DNA from: the human T2T-CHM13v2.0 reference genome, Homo sapiens
Strand: one strand, 5' to 3'
NCBI RefSeq assembly: GCF_009914755.1
Contig: NC_060940.1
DNA length: 64,000 nucleotides
The notes under the pieces: model-generated
Databases searched by the model: none
What the model was told of the DNA's origin: nothing
The model's input: only the letters and a program-made list of their open reading frames with translations
Made by a program: the position numbers and the translations under genes
In this document: piece by piece, positions 18,211 to 40,472 of the stretch
Layout: each line of letters begins with the position of its first letter
How positions within the stretch are numbered: position 1 is the first letter of the stretch

Positions 18211-18519
18211 ATGCCCTTTACCATCATGACGCCCGCAGGCGGGACCACCCGGCACTGTAGACAGCTGCCCTTTACAATCATGACTCATAGAAACTACGGC
18301 ACTCTGGCCGTGGCCGACGTTGCTCCTCCGAAGCATGGCGCCGGCGGGAGTTGTAACCCGGGCTGTCCGGAGCGGGGAGCTGCCCCTCACAAGCATGGCG
18401 TCAGCTGAAAATGAAGCCTGTGCTGTGCGGAGCGTCGCCTGCCCCTCACAAGCATGGCGTCTGCAGAAGGTGCTGTGCGGCCGCTGCGGGGCGGCCAGCT
18501 GCCCTTCACAAACATGGCG
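18211..18519 (+). repeat. Degenerate tandem array, 6 units of 54-60 bp, core GCTGCCCYTCACAARCATGGCG
   Basis: Cores at about 18211, 18264, 18319, 18379, 18438, 18498; core ATGs at 18226, 18280, 18335, 18395, 18454, 18514. Confidence 0.85.
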
Positions 18520-18601
18520 GCCGAGGGGTGCGGGGAGTGGCGGGGTAAGGATGGGAAGCCGAGCAGACGGCCCCAGAACAAGCGGTCATGTGACTGGGAA
18601 G

Positions 18602-18618
18602 ATGGCCGTCTTTCCTTG
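18602..18618 (+). CDS. VPS35L: VPS35L exon 1 coding part (MAVFPW); the same frame is open upstream to ATG 18335
   Basis: aagATGG in good Kozak context; donor TTG|gtaagg, phase 2. Confidence 0.93.
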
Positions 18619-19713
18619 GTAAGGAAGCAGCGGCGGGTGGGCTTTGGAGAGGGGCTGTCCTTACTTGTGATGGGGTCGGCCTGGGTCTGAGAGTGTGAAT
18701 TCCTCTCTGTCGGGTTCTGGTGGTCGACCGGCCACCCCCAAGTTGTCTTGACCGTAGAATCCCTGGCCGCTACCGCGGTCCAGCGGAGCAATCTGAAGCC
18801 AGACTGGCGGGTTCTTGGTTCTCTCCCCGTCTGCTGCCTCTCTGCGCCTTCCACGGGCCCCTGTCCATTCATTCCCTAAAGAAAACTTGAGTTTCCAGGC
18901 TTCCGCGTCCCCAGAAGTTGGCGCGGGTTCTGGGGTCGCTGGATGAGGGTAATGGTGGACTCAGCTTTTAAAGTCTGGACGAGTCGGGAGATCTGGCTGT
19001 TGGTCAGTTTCCTCAGCTCCTCTGTTCACCTGGAGACTTGCTTTTCTCATCTGTAAAATGGCCGCCATTCATCCTATCCTAGGCACAGCCCTCAGACTTA
19101 TTCCTTGGCCTCAAGGAGCTGACAGTATAATGGGGCAGACGCACAGTAGAGGGATGTCTAAAGAAGGCATTCGGATGAGGCACCAAGAAGGGAGTGATTA
19201 TCCCCACCAGGGGGCTAGGGGAAGGCTTCAGAGAGGAGGAGTTAAATTGGGTCTTGGAGGATGAATAGGAGTCCACCATAGGGAGGGCGTGGCGTGTGCC
19301 TGGTTGGCAGGCCCGTAGGTCCCTTGTGGTTGGAGTAGCTAGGAATGAGTGACTGAAGCTTCAGGGTTCAGCAGGTGGTATGTGTGTGAGTGAAGAACTT
19401 GAGGAAGTTGTGTTGTTGATGATAGTGGGATTTGGGGACGGGGAATCTCTCCTGCATCTCAGAAAGCGAGATAATTTACTTTCTCTTCAAATGATGTGAA
19501 GTAGCTTAGATTAAATGAGCAAATGAAAGACCTTAGAAATAATCAGGTACAACCTTCTGCTTTTGAGCTTGATAAACACTTCATTTTGTCTTATTCCTTT
19601 CATTTGCCCAACACTTAAGAGACTGCTTCCTTGACACGCTACATCAGCATTGAATGCCTCTGAGCACTTCCACACCCTGAGGTTTTTTTTTTTTTTTCAG
19701 TTAATAGTCATGC

Positions 19714-23833
<4,120 letters not shown>

Positions 23834-23958
23834 TCATAGGTGATTTCAATTGCAATCTTTTGGAAGATGAAGATAGTGTATATTTTGTAAATATGACCCC
23901 AGAGGGACTAGGCAAATTATCGTGAAAGGGATTTTCCCTTAAAAAAAATAAAAGTAGG

Positions 23959-24328
<370 letters not shown>

Positions 24329-24676
24329 TTAGAAAGGATAGAAATGAAATGACATGGGAGCTCAATTCGTTTGTGCTGGCTTGGGTTTCTGGGTTAATGG
24401 AGGATATTGGGTAAAGCTGACTAGTTGCACGGCACAATTAGATCTGGGGTGCTAGTATTTCATACAAAGGTTAATGAAGTTGGGAATCTAAATGGGAGCA
24501 GAAGATGGGGTGGGGGGATGAATTTAAGGGACTTGGAGGCCAGGGAAAGTCCCTGTGCTCTTTGAGGTTCCTCTTTCCCTAAAGTGGGTTGGGAGGGACA
24601 AGAATTGTCCCGTGTGCCCAGAAAAGCTGTTTTACTGGGATGGGATATTTTACAAATGAGAAGTGCACATGTCTTT

Positions 24677-25319
24677 TGTTAAAGAAAAACTATTGGCTGG
24701 GCTCAGTGGCTCACGTTTCTAATCCCAGCAGTTTGGGAGACTGAGGCAGGTGGATCACCTGAGGTCAGGAGTTCGGGGTCAGCTTGGCCAACATGGTGAA
24801 ACCCCGTTTCTAATAAAAAATACAAAAATTAGCCGGGCGTGGGGGTGTGCCTGTGGTCCCAGCTACTTAAGAGGCTGAGGCAGGAGGATGGCTTAAACCT
24901 GAGATGCAGAGGTTGCAGTGAGCTGAGATCGCACCACTGCACTCCAGTGAGACTCTTATGTCAAACAAAAACAAAACAAAACAAAAATATTATTCATGGT
25001 GCTTGTTAAAGGAAATGAGACAGGCTTTATTCCGGGGGGCTACTATAGTGGGGTTTTGCAATAGGGGACAGAGATTGGCCTCAGCTCCTAATGCAACAAG
25101 GAATAGTGGGAATTTATAGCCAAGTGGGGGTAGAAGAAGAATTCGATCAGATATTGAGGGCAGCTGGATATGGAGGGGGATTCTGGCTCAATCAACTTGA
25201 CAGAATTCTTGCTAAAACTGGGCGGTGCAAACACAAACATGGAAATCCAATAGCTGAGCACTAGCTGGGGAGAACTCAGAGGAACCTGCCCAGAGTTTGG
25301 TCAAGGAGAGACTTTGTCA
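24677..25319 (-). mobile_element. MER31-like ERV1 solo LTR interrupted by an Alu (about 24695-24987)
   Basis: TG...CA termini, end GTTTGGTCAAGGAGAGACTTTGTCA, 4-bp TSD CTTT. Confidence 0.7.
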
Positions 25320-25627
25320 CTTTCCATACTAGCTGAGATGTTCTGCTTGGAGAGTCAATGGAGGAGATGAGAAAGGGGTCAAATGGGTTAACTTGTCTAT
25401 GACTTTGTGGCCCTGACGTTCTGTGACTATGGTAGCTTTTAAAATTATATGTGGATACACACATTGCATAAACAATTTGGTTAAATATGTGAGTTAAAAA
25501 AGATTTTAAACCATAACCTATGAAATTAAATTCTCAGATCTTCATAATAGAGATTAAGAAATGTAAAGACAATCATTTAAAAACATTTTCTGCCTTCCCC
25601 CCACTCCTGTGTTCCTCTCCTTCAGAT

Positions 25628-28523
<2,896 letters not shown>

Positions 28524-29066
28524 TGCATATTTAAATCAACCAGTTTGTTCACTGCCTCTTTTTTGTAATATTGGCCTCACCTAGCACCATTTTTACTCCC
28601 TTCCTTCCTCCTTAGTGAGGTTCCCTTGTGAATGGGATGACTTTGTTCCTGATTTGGCTGTGTCAACAAAATGTATCTTGACTTTTAATTTTTGTATTTG
28701 GAATATAAGAGTCACTCTAATTGCCAGCAGAGAGTGCTGTCCTGAATAGCATCTTAGTCTATCTGTGGGTTTATTTAAAAAATAAAAACAAAAGCAGGCA
28801 AGAGACTTGGCTGGTTCCTCTCTGCCAGGTTGGTACTGTCTTATTAGCAAGTAATAGAAACTACACGGTTGTCATGTTGGGGAGAAGAGAAGATGTGATT
28901 GTCAGCATGGAGGCTCTGGGAATGTATGGAGATGATTGCATAAAGCAGAAGACCCCAAGACTGAGATTTAGCCTCCCAGGACCCCTTCAATCCCCATGCT
29001 GTTGTGTGGCTGTGGGTGACCTCAGCACAGCCACAGTTGCGTTCATTCTCAGGTGCCCGTTCCCCA

Positions 29067-30085
<1,019 letters not shown>

Positions 30086-30439
30086 CCCATACCATAACAG
30101 AATAGCTGAGAAGAGCTGCTGCAGCTCCAGGCCTATCCTGTTAGGTTAGCAACATCAGCAGCAGGAAAATGCTTTTCTCAAGCAGTTTTCATTGACCCAG
30201 TTTTGTTATGCGCCCTACCCTGAACCAGCATTGGTGACCTGCTGTATAGAATAAGTTGATAGATTGGGGTAGGTCTAATGCTCACCTTGGGAACTGAGAA
30301 CAGAGTTCACCCCACCAGGCCTGTAGGAACTGAGTGTGGGGGAGAGATGTTTTCTCAAATAAAAATTGGGGTATTAAGTATTAAGCCTGTGAGGTGGAGG
30401 AATGGGTGCCAGGCAGACAAAAACAGCAAATGTACCCCA

Positions 30440-31550
30440 ATGGGAGGTGCTTCTCTCCCTCCCCTAGACTGCAGTTCAACTCCATTCAGGCAGCCATCGC
30501 CGGCAGTTGGCATCTGACTCGACAGGTTTGAGGGCAAGGTCCTCAGTGAGACAGCCCTGGCCCAGTATGGTAGCTCATGCCTGTACTCCCAGCACTTTGG
30601 GATGCTAGATGAGAAGATCCCTTGGGCCCAGGAGTTCGAGAACAGCCTTGGCAACATAGTGATACCCCACTTCTACAAAAAGTAAAAAAACAATTAGCAA
30701 AGTGTGATGGTGTGCTTGTAGTCCCAGCTACTCAGGAGACGGAGGCAGGAAGATTGCTTGTGCCCAGGATGTCGAGGGTACAGTGAACCGTGATCACACC
30801 ATTGCACTCCAGGCTTAGTGACAAAGCGAGACCCTGTCTCCAAAAAAAAAAAAAAAAGACATCTTCACTTCAGAAACTCCAACTTCGCTACACATTGGGA
30901 GTTCCCATGCCTCCCTCCCTCATGTTCAATAATTTGCTATAGTGGCTCACAGAACTAGGGAAACATTTACTTATACTTACCAGTTTATTATTTAGTATTT
31001 ACTTGTACTTAACAGTTTATTATTAAGGATATTACAAAGAATACAGATGAACAGCCAGATGAAGAGCTACGTAGGGTGAGGCCCAGGGGAAGGGGCACAC
31101 AGAGCTTTCATGTCCCCTCCAGGTACCTCGATGTGTTCTTGTTCACCTACCTGGAAGCTCTTCAAACCGCCCCCCCCTTTTTTTTTTTTGAGACAGGGTC
31201 TCACTGTATCGCCCAGCTGGAGTGCAATGGCACATTCTCAGCTCACTGCAACCTCTGCCTCCCAAAACCCCATTTTTCATGTTTTTTTTTTTTTGAGGCA
31301 TCGTTGCATAGGCATGATTGATTATTCATTCGGTCTCCAGCCCTCTCACCTTCCCGAAGGATGGGGAATGGGGCTGAAAGCTCCAATCTTCTAATCATGG
31401 CTTGGTCTTTCTGGTGACCAGACCCCATCCTGAAGCTCTGCAGGAGCCCATCGGGAGTCACCTTATTAGGACAAAAGATGCTCCTATCACCCAGGAAATC
31501 TCCTAGGGTATTAGGAGCTCTGTGGGAGGAACTGGGGGCAGAGACCACAT
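30440..31550. mobile_element. MER21-like LTR remnant interrupted by Alu pieces
   Basis: GGCTCACAGAACT...ATACAGATGAACAGCCAGATGAAGAG resembles recalled MER21 consensus; boundaries approximate. Confidence 0.55.
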
Positions 31551-32294
31551 AAATTTAACAGCTTGGAGTGCAGTGGTGCGATCTCGGCTCACTGCAACCT
31601 CCACCTCCTGGGCTCCAGCCATCCTCCCACTTCAGCCTTCTGAGTAGCTGGGACCACAGGCATGTACCACCACACCTGGATTATTTTCATATCTTTTGTA
31701 GAGATAGGACTTCACCATGTTGCCCAGGCTGGTCTCAAACTCCTGGCTTCAAGTGATCCTTCTGCCTCAGCACCACAAAGTGTTGGGATACAGGCATGAG
31801 CCACTGCACCCAGTAGAAAACTTAACTTTTATGAGGTGTTCAAGGGAGAAAGGCAAAAAAAAAGTACCTGGTTAAAGTAGAAATTCCCTACTTAGATGTT
31901 AGTTGTTGGTTTTGATTGGTAGTCTCTAGTTAGTGGGTAGTTGGCGATTTGCAACTGATTAAGCTTAAGTTCCATTTTGCTACTTATATTGAGTTGGATT
32001 TTGGTTTGCTACATAGGGAACCCCAGGTGCTGTAGCCATCTCAGTCCAGTGACCTCTCAATTAATTTTTTTAACACTTCCTAACCCTAACTTCCTACTTT
32101 CCCTTCCTTGACAGTTGTGATCCTGAGTCATGTCCATTTGTCACAAAAACTAAGCATCCCCTGCAGATGGTTAAGTCTCTGCTGCAAATGAACCATCCAT
32201 TCAACTACCAGAATGGGAGGAAAGTACCCACTGGAGTGTTTCACTGGGGAGAGTTGTGGGAGTTCCGTTTTACCTCCAGAAATTTTCCTCACAG

Positions 32295-32462
32295 GTCACA
32301 GAGTCAAAGACAAAGAAAGTGAACCGGAAAGGAAGCACTTCTTCCACGTCCTCCTCCTCCTCCAGCTCCGTGGTGGACCCGCTGAGCAGCGTCCTCGATG
32401 GGACTGACCCCCTCTCCATGTTTGCAGCCACTGCTGACCCCGCAGCCTTGGCAGCTGCCATG
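32295..32462 (+). CDS. VPS35L: VPS35L exon 3 ([56 protein letters not shown])
   Basis: cctcacag| acceptor, ATG|gtaatg donor, 168 nt. Confidence 0.95.
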
Positions 32463-32557
32463 GTAATGCACCCCAGCCATGGTCGTCCAGTGGGGGTTGG
32501 TTTTGTGGGTGCAGGAATGGGTGGTTTTCTTGTGCCCTGCCCTTTTTTTTCCCCTGA

Positions 32558-32818
<261 letters not shown>

Positions 32819-33701
32819 TAAGTTGCACAAGTAATGCACACGGTACCTTCTGGTCAGGTCATCCTGACATGAGAGGCTGGTGTAGCTCTGTGAAGTCTTT
32901 TTGTTTTTTTGTTTGAAAGCATTTTAAAATTTATTTTTATTTTTTAATTTAATATTTTTTTCAGACAGCCTTGCTGTGTCACCCAAACTGGAGTGCAGTG
33001 GTGCAATCTCACTGCAGCCTCCGACTCCGGGTTCAAGCAATTCTCTCACCTCAGCCTGCCAAATTGCTGGGACAGGCATGCACCACCATGCCCAGCTAAT
33101 TTTTGTGTTTTTTGGTAGAGATGGGCTTTCATCATGTTGACCAGGCTGGTCTTGAACTCTTGACCTCAAGTGATCCACCTGCCTCAACCTCCCAAAGCAC
33201 TGGGATTACAGGCGTGAGCCACTGCACCTGGCTCTTAAAATTTATTTTTAATTTTAATTTTATTCTTCTTATAAATCTTTTTACATAATACATAAGTAAA
33301 TCACTCATTTTGATGTGAAAAAGTCAGACACTACAGATAAAGTCATGTAGAGCAATCCTCATTCCAATCTCCACCCTGGCGGTTGTGAGAATGATGGCTG
33401 TAATGTGTCTTCTTCCATAGCTTTTCCCCTGTATTTTCATAGATACTTGCGATAGCAGTTTCTGAGCATTCCCATACGTACTCATATATAAATAATTACA
33501 GCATCAACTTACTGCATGGCAGGCATTTTTCCGGAGTGCGTTTTGTATTTGGTTCTCTTACTACCTTGTGAGAGGTATTGGAATCCTCATTAAAGAGGCA
33601 GCCATGGAGGGATAGAGATAACAAGTCACATCCAAGCTGGGATTCAAACCTGGCCAGTCTGACTTCAGAATACATGCTCTCGATCATCATCCTATGCTGT
33701 G

Positions 33702-33705
<4 letters not shown>

Positions 33706-33760
<55 letters not shown>
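33706..33760. repeat. (AT)~27 microsatellite at the tail of a minus-strand Alu (33761-34041)
   Basis: Perfect dinucleotide run. Confidence 0.97.
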
Positions 33761-33764
<4 letters not shown>

Positions 33765-34272
33765 TGAGATGAAGTCTCACACTGTCACCCGGGCCGGTGT
33801 GAAGTGGGGTGATCTCGACTCGCAGCCTCCACCTCCCAGGTTCAAGCGATTCTCCTGCCTCAGCCTTCCGAGTGGCTGGGACTACAGGCACGTGCCACCA
33901 TGCCCAGCTAATTTTTGTATTTTAGTAGAGACGGGGTTTCACTATATTGGCCAGGCTGGTCTCGAACGCCTGACCTCGTGATCCACCCACCTCGGCCTCC
34001 CAAAGTGCTGCAATTACAGGCGTGAGCCACTGTGCCCGGCCTGTGTTTCATATATTATTTACCATTGTTACATAAATGGAACTGCTGTTTTGTGACTTGT
34101 TTTTTTGGAGATAGTCTTGCTCTTTTGCCTAGGCTGGACTGCAGTGGCATGATCATAGCTCGCTGCAGCCTTAAAGTCCTGGGCTCGAACAATCCCCCTG
34201 CCTCAGCCTCTCGAGCAGCTGGGACTTCAGGTGTGTGCCACCGCACTCAGCTAATTTTGGATTTTTTGGTAG

Positions 34273-34737
<465 letters not shown>

Positions 34738-35071
34738 TGACCATATGTCTTGGAGAACTATCCATGTTAGTACATTTAGAACAACCTTATTATTTTGACC
34801 AGCCGTATGGTATTCTAAAGACTGGATTTACCTATTTTAATTTACCATTCCTCTACTGATGTATCCATCAGATGGAGGATATCCCAGATAGTTTCTGGGT
34901 TTTGCTGGTACAAACAGCAGTGCAGCATGTGTCTCGAACACACACACATCTTGGTGCATGTCTGCAAGGATTTCTGCAGGATAGCTTCCTAGAAGTTCTT
35001 TGCTGGTTGGCCAGGCGCAGTGGGTCACGCCTGTAATCCCAGCACTTTGGAAGGCTGAGGCGGGCGGATCA

Positions 35072-35356
<285 letters not shown>

Positions 35357-35780
35357 TTAACCAGTCTGCATTTCCACCAGTGATGTTGAAGAGGGTCTGT
35401 TTCCCTGCATCCTTGCCAGCCTGACATCAGCCAGCATTTTAACTCTTTGACATTCTGATAGTTGAAAAAGTGGTCTTTTCCAACTATCCTTTCCTTAATT
35501 CTTAATGAGTTTGAGCATTTTTTGATATGTTTATTGTCCATTTATGATGAAATGGTCTGAATTTTTTTTTTGAGATGGAGTCTTGCTCTGTCACTCAGAC
35601 TGGAGTGCAGTGGTACAATCTTGGCTTACTGCAACCTCTGCCTTCCAGGTTCAAGCGATTGTCCTGCCTCAGCCTCCTGAGTAGCTGGGACTACAGGCAT
35701 GCACCTGGCTAATTTTTGTATTTTTAGTAGAGACGGGGTTTTACCATGTTGGCTAGGCTGGTGTTAAACCCCCGCCCTTA

Positions 35781-35888
<108 letters not shown>

Positions 35889-35989
35889 TTATTCCACAGT
35901 AAAGGACTATCTGGCTTCTATTTATATATGTATATATTTAAAGATCAAAATGATATTGCTGCTGAAGAGATTATCTTGCCTTTCTTTAG

Positions 35990-36112
35990 GACAGCTCCAG
36001 AAGGAAACGTGATAGAGATGATAACTCCGTTGTAGGATCGGATTTTGAGCCTTGGACCAACAAACGGGGAGAAATCCTTGCCCGGTACACCACTACCGAA
36101 AAGCTGTCTATT
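35990..36112 (+). CDS. VPS35L: VPS35L exon 4 ([41 protein letters not shown])
   Basis: tttctttag| acceptor, ATT|gtgagt donor, 123 nt. Confidence 0.95.
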
Positions 36113-36244
36113 GTGAGTACCAGGAGACCCTCTCCAGAGTCTACTTTGGAGTTAGTAGTAATTTCTTTTTGTTATGTTGCTTCAACTCCTGGGCTCTGTA
36201 AGTTTCACTTATTTATTTATTTTTCTACTTCTCTTAAAAGCTCA

Positions 36245-36574
<330 letters not shown>

Positions 36575-37506
36575 TCAGGAGGTTGAGGCATGAGAATTGC
36601 TTGAACCCGGGAAGTGGAGGTTACATTGCGCAGAGATCACGCCACTGCACTCCAGCCTTGGTGACAGAGTGAGACCCTATCTCAAAAAAAATTAATTAAT
36701 TAATTAATTTAAAAAATGAATTAAGGGAGGAGAGCACAACACTGGAGGAGAAAGGTGTCACTCAGTAAGTCCCATATAGCTGGGTTTTCCCCTGGAGCTG
36801 GAAATTTACTATTTCTCTGGATGGCCATTAGGTGAAGTAGTTGGCTTTGGCCTCAAGACACTTACGAAATTCGAGGCTTACCCTTCACTTGGCAAATTGC
36901 TGTGGAAGGAAAGACTCAGGAGAGCTGAGACCAACCCAGTCAGGTTAATGCCTGTGTGAGTTAGGACTGGGTTCAGTTGCTTAGAACTAAAGCCCCTGCT
37001 AACATTGTAAACAAGAGTGACCTGTATCCCTCCTTACGCTGGAGAAAAGTCTCGAGGAGAGGAGTCCAGGGCTGGTTTGGCAGCTCCGAGGGCATCAGGG
37101 TTCCGCCGCATTCTTTCTTGCTCCTCGGCTGTGTTGAGTGTTGCCTCACATTCATGTTGGTAGACAGAGGGAGGAAAGGGAAAGAAAGATGCGCCCCCTC
37201 CCATTTAGGAAGACTTCTTGGGGTCCCGCAACACTTTTAGTTACATTTGTCTTGAAGGTGTGATCATGGGCCACGCATAGATGCAGGGAGGCTGAGAAAT
37301 GTAGCAGCGTGTCCATCTACAAATGGGGCTGTGCCCTGGAGGAAACAGTGAACTTGGCAGGCCATGGGGAACGCTTGGCCTCAACGCCTCTTCTCTTCAT
37401 TTTTTCCTCCCAGGGTGTGTACTCATTGAACAGAATGATAGGCAGAATTGCTGGACTATTTAAATTGAGTCTTTTTTTTTTTTAACTGTACAGAGTTAAC
37501 TTAGAG

Positions 37507-37719
37507 CAGTGATTCTCAACCAGGAGTAATTTTTACCCCTGGGTCATCATTTGGCAATATCTAGAGACATTTTTGACTGTTACAGTTCTGGGGGTGGTAC
37601 TGACATTTATTGGGTGGAGGCCAGAGATGGGGCTAAACATCCAACGGTGCACAGAATTAATCTCCCACAAAAAGTTATCTGGCCTCAAATGGCAGTAGTG
37701 TAGAGGGTGATAAACCCTG
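37507..37719 (+). mobile_element. MER20 (hAT-Charlie MITE)
   Basis: CAGTGATTCTCAAC...GAGACATTTTTG...GAGGCCAGAGATG...AAACCCTG. Confidence 0.8.
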
Positions 37720-37968
37720 ATTCAGAGTAGGTTAAAAATAGTTCTATTATGTGACTCCGCTGTCATATCAAAAATTTTAGTATTTGTCTGCTGACTTTGA
37801 GAACCCTGACTTGAGTAGAAATTTGAATCTCCAGTGGTTTTTAGTGACTGTATTTTTCTTCTTTGAATATATATTTCTTTCTCTTGGGTATGTAAATGGC
37901 TCTGTTGGAAAACAATGAACATACTGCCTTCGATTTTTAAAATATTAATGAATTTTATGTCTCTGCAG

Positions 37969-37993
37969 AATCTGTTTATGGGATCTGAAAAAG
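37969..37993 (+). CDS. VPS35L: VPS35L exon 5, 25-nt microexon (NLFMGSEK)
   Basis: ctctgcag| acceptor, AAG|gtaaga donor; supplies the phase 0 to 1 change needed between flanking exons. Confidence 0.92.
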
Positions 37994-38182
37994 GTAAGAT
38001 GAGTTTGTTGTTGTTTTGATGGGAAAATTCTGGCATTACTTTTAGTATAATTTTACAAAGGAAAAAAGTTTTATGTGATATGATTCTGATGTTTGATTCA
38101 GTTGGAGCTGCTATTTCTTAGATTGTGGATAGACGTAGAAATAAAATACATATTTAGAGCATGAATTAAAAAAATACCAAAT

Positions 38183-39100
<918 letters not shown>

Positions 39101-39963
39101 TTAAGAATTACAGAGGAAGTAGTCTCCCCCTCATTGTGCCTCCCTCACCAACTGGGTTTTAGAGAGCCTTTCCCTTGCCTTAAGTCTTTTCCCTTGTGCA
39201 ATAAGGTATGTTGGTGAGGGGGTCACATGCTTAGTCTTATACGTCACTGGTCCCTGAATGCAGTTCTCAGCTTCCTCTCCTAAGACACACAGTCAGAAGC
39301 TCTGGACCAGGGTGTCTCAAACTGCCGTGTAGCAGGATTTCCTGAGGAACTTTTGTATGAATATAGATGCCTGGCCCCCACTTGCTCAATTAATCTTGCA
39401 GGATGGGACCCCAGAATTCCTATTTTGATGCTCCAAGGGGATTCTGGAGCAACTGACGGATCATGTGCTGCTGGGTGCAGATGAGCACAATCATAGTTCA
39501 TTGCAGGTCTCTGATATGGCAGCTGCCACTCTCCCCACGGCTCTGCTGGATGAGACAGCACGTTAGAAATCAAGAGAGTGGGAACAGCTTTGTTATGCAT
39601 AGAATTTTTTTTTTTTTTGAGATGGAATTTTGCTCTGTCACCCATGGTGCAGTGCAACCTCTGCCTCCTGGGTTCAAGCAATTCTCCCACCTCAGCCTTC
39701 TGAGTTACTGGGACTATAGGTGTGCACCACCAGGCCCAGCTAATTTTTGTATTTTTAATAGAGACAGGGTTTCACCATGTTGGCCAGGCTGGTCTCAAAC
39801 TCTTGACCTCAAGTGGTCCACCTGCCTTGGCCTCCCAAAGTGCTGGGATTACAGGTGTGAGCTACCACGCCCAGCTTGTTATGGACAGAATTTTGATCCC
39901 AGACCATAAAAGGTAAATCATACCCACCAGTTTGTAAAGATCAAATAGAGTGATGATACCAAG

Positions 39964-40363
39964 TGTCTTAGTTTGTTTAGTGGTACTATAAAGGAATACC
40001 AGAGGCTGGCTAATTTATAAGGAAGAGAGGTTTACTTGACTTATGGTTCCACAGGCTATATAAGAAGCATGGTGCAGCATCTGCTGTTGGTGAGGGCCTC
40101 AGGCTGCTTCCACTCATGGTGAAAGCAAATGAGAGCAGGTGTGTGCAGAGATTGCATGGCAAGAGAAGGGAGGAGAGAGAGGGAGAAAATGCCAGGCTTT
40201 TTTCAACAGCCAGTTCTCATGGGAAGTAAGAATAACTCATTACTGCACTCATTACTGCAAGGATGGCACCAAGCCGTTCATGGTGGATCCCCCACTACAA
40301 CCCAGACACCTCCCACCAGGCCCCACCTCCAACACTGGGGATCACATTTCAAAGATGAGACTT
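39964..40363 (-). mobile_element. MST-family (MSTB-like) MaLR LTR
   Basis: TGTCTTAGT...CTATAAAGGAATACC...GGTGAGGGCCTCAGG...CCCACCTCCAACACTGGGGAT. Confidence 0.75.
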
Positions 40364-40472
40364 TGTATGAATATAGAGCAATAGGAGCTCTCATATGCTG
40401 CTGGTGGGAATGTAAAATGGCACAACCACCTTGTAGAACACTTTTGCATTTTTTATTTTATTTGAAGACAGG

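Larger units (their letters stand above)
17990..18950. promoter_or_regulatory. CpG-island promoter / first exon region of VPS35L
   Basis: Only strongly GC- and CpG-rich non-Alu stretch in the window; contains the start codon, AACATGGCGG (YY1-type), TGACTCA (18281-18287) and GTCATGTGAC (18585-18594). Confidence 0.9.

Noticed and set aside
18211-18519. CRISPR-like look (about 22-bp repeats with 33-38-bp spacers)
   Set aside because: Repeats are degenerate, linkers resemble each other (tandem duplication), no cas genes, and the context is a mammalian CpG island
18067-18872. Minus-strand ORFs of 109 and 161 aa over the CpG island
   Set aside because: Expected by chance in GC-rich DNA; no recognisable protein or splice structure
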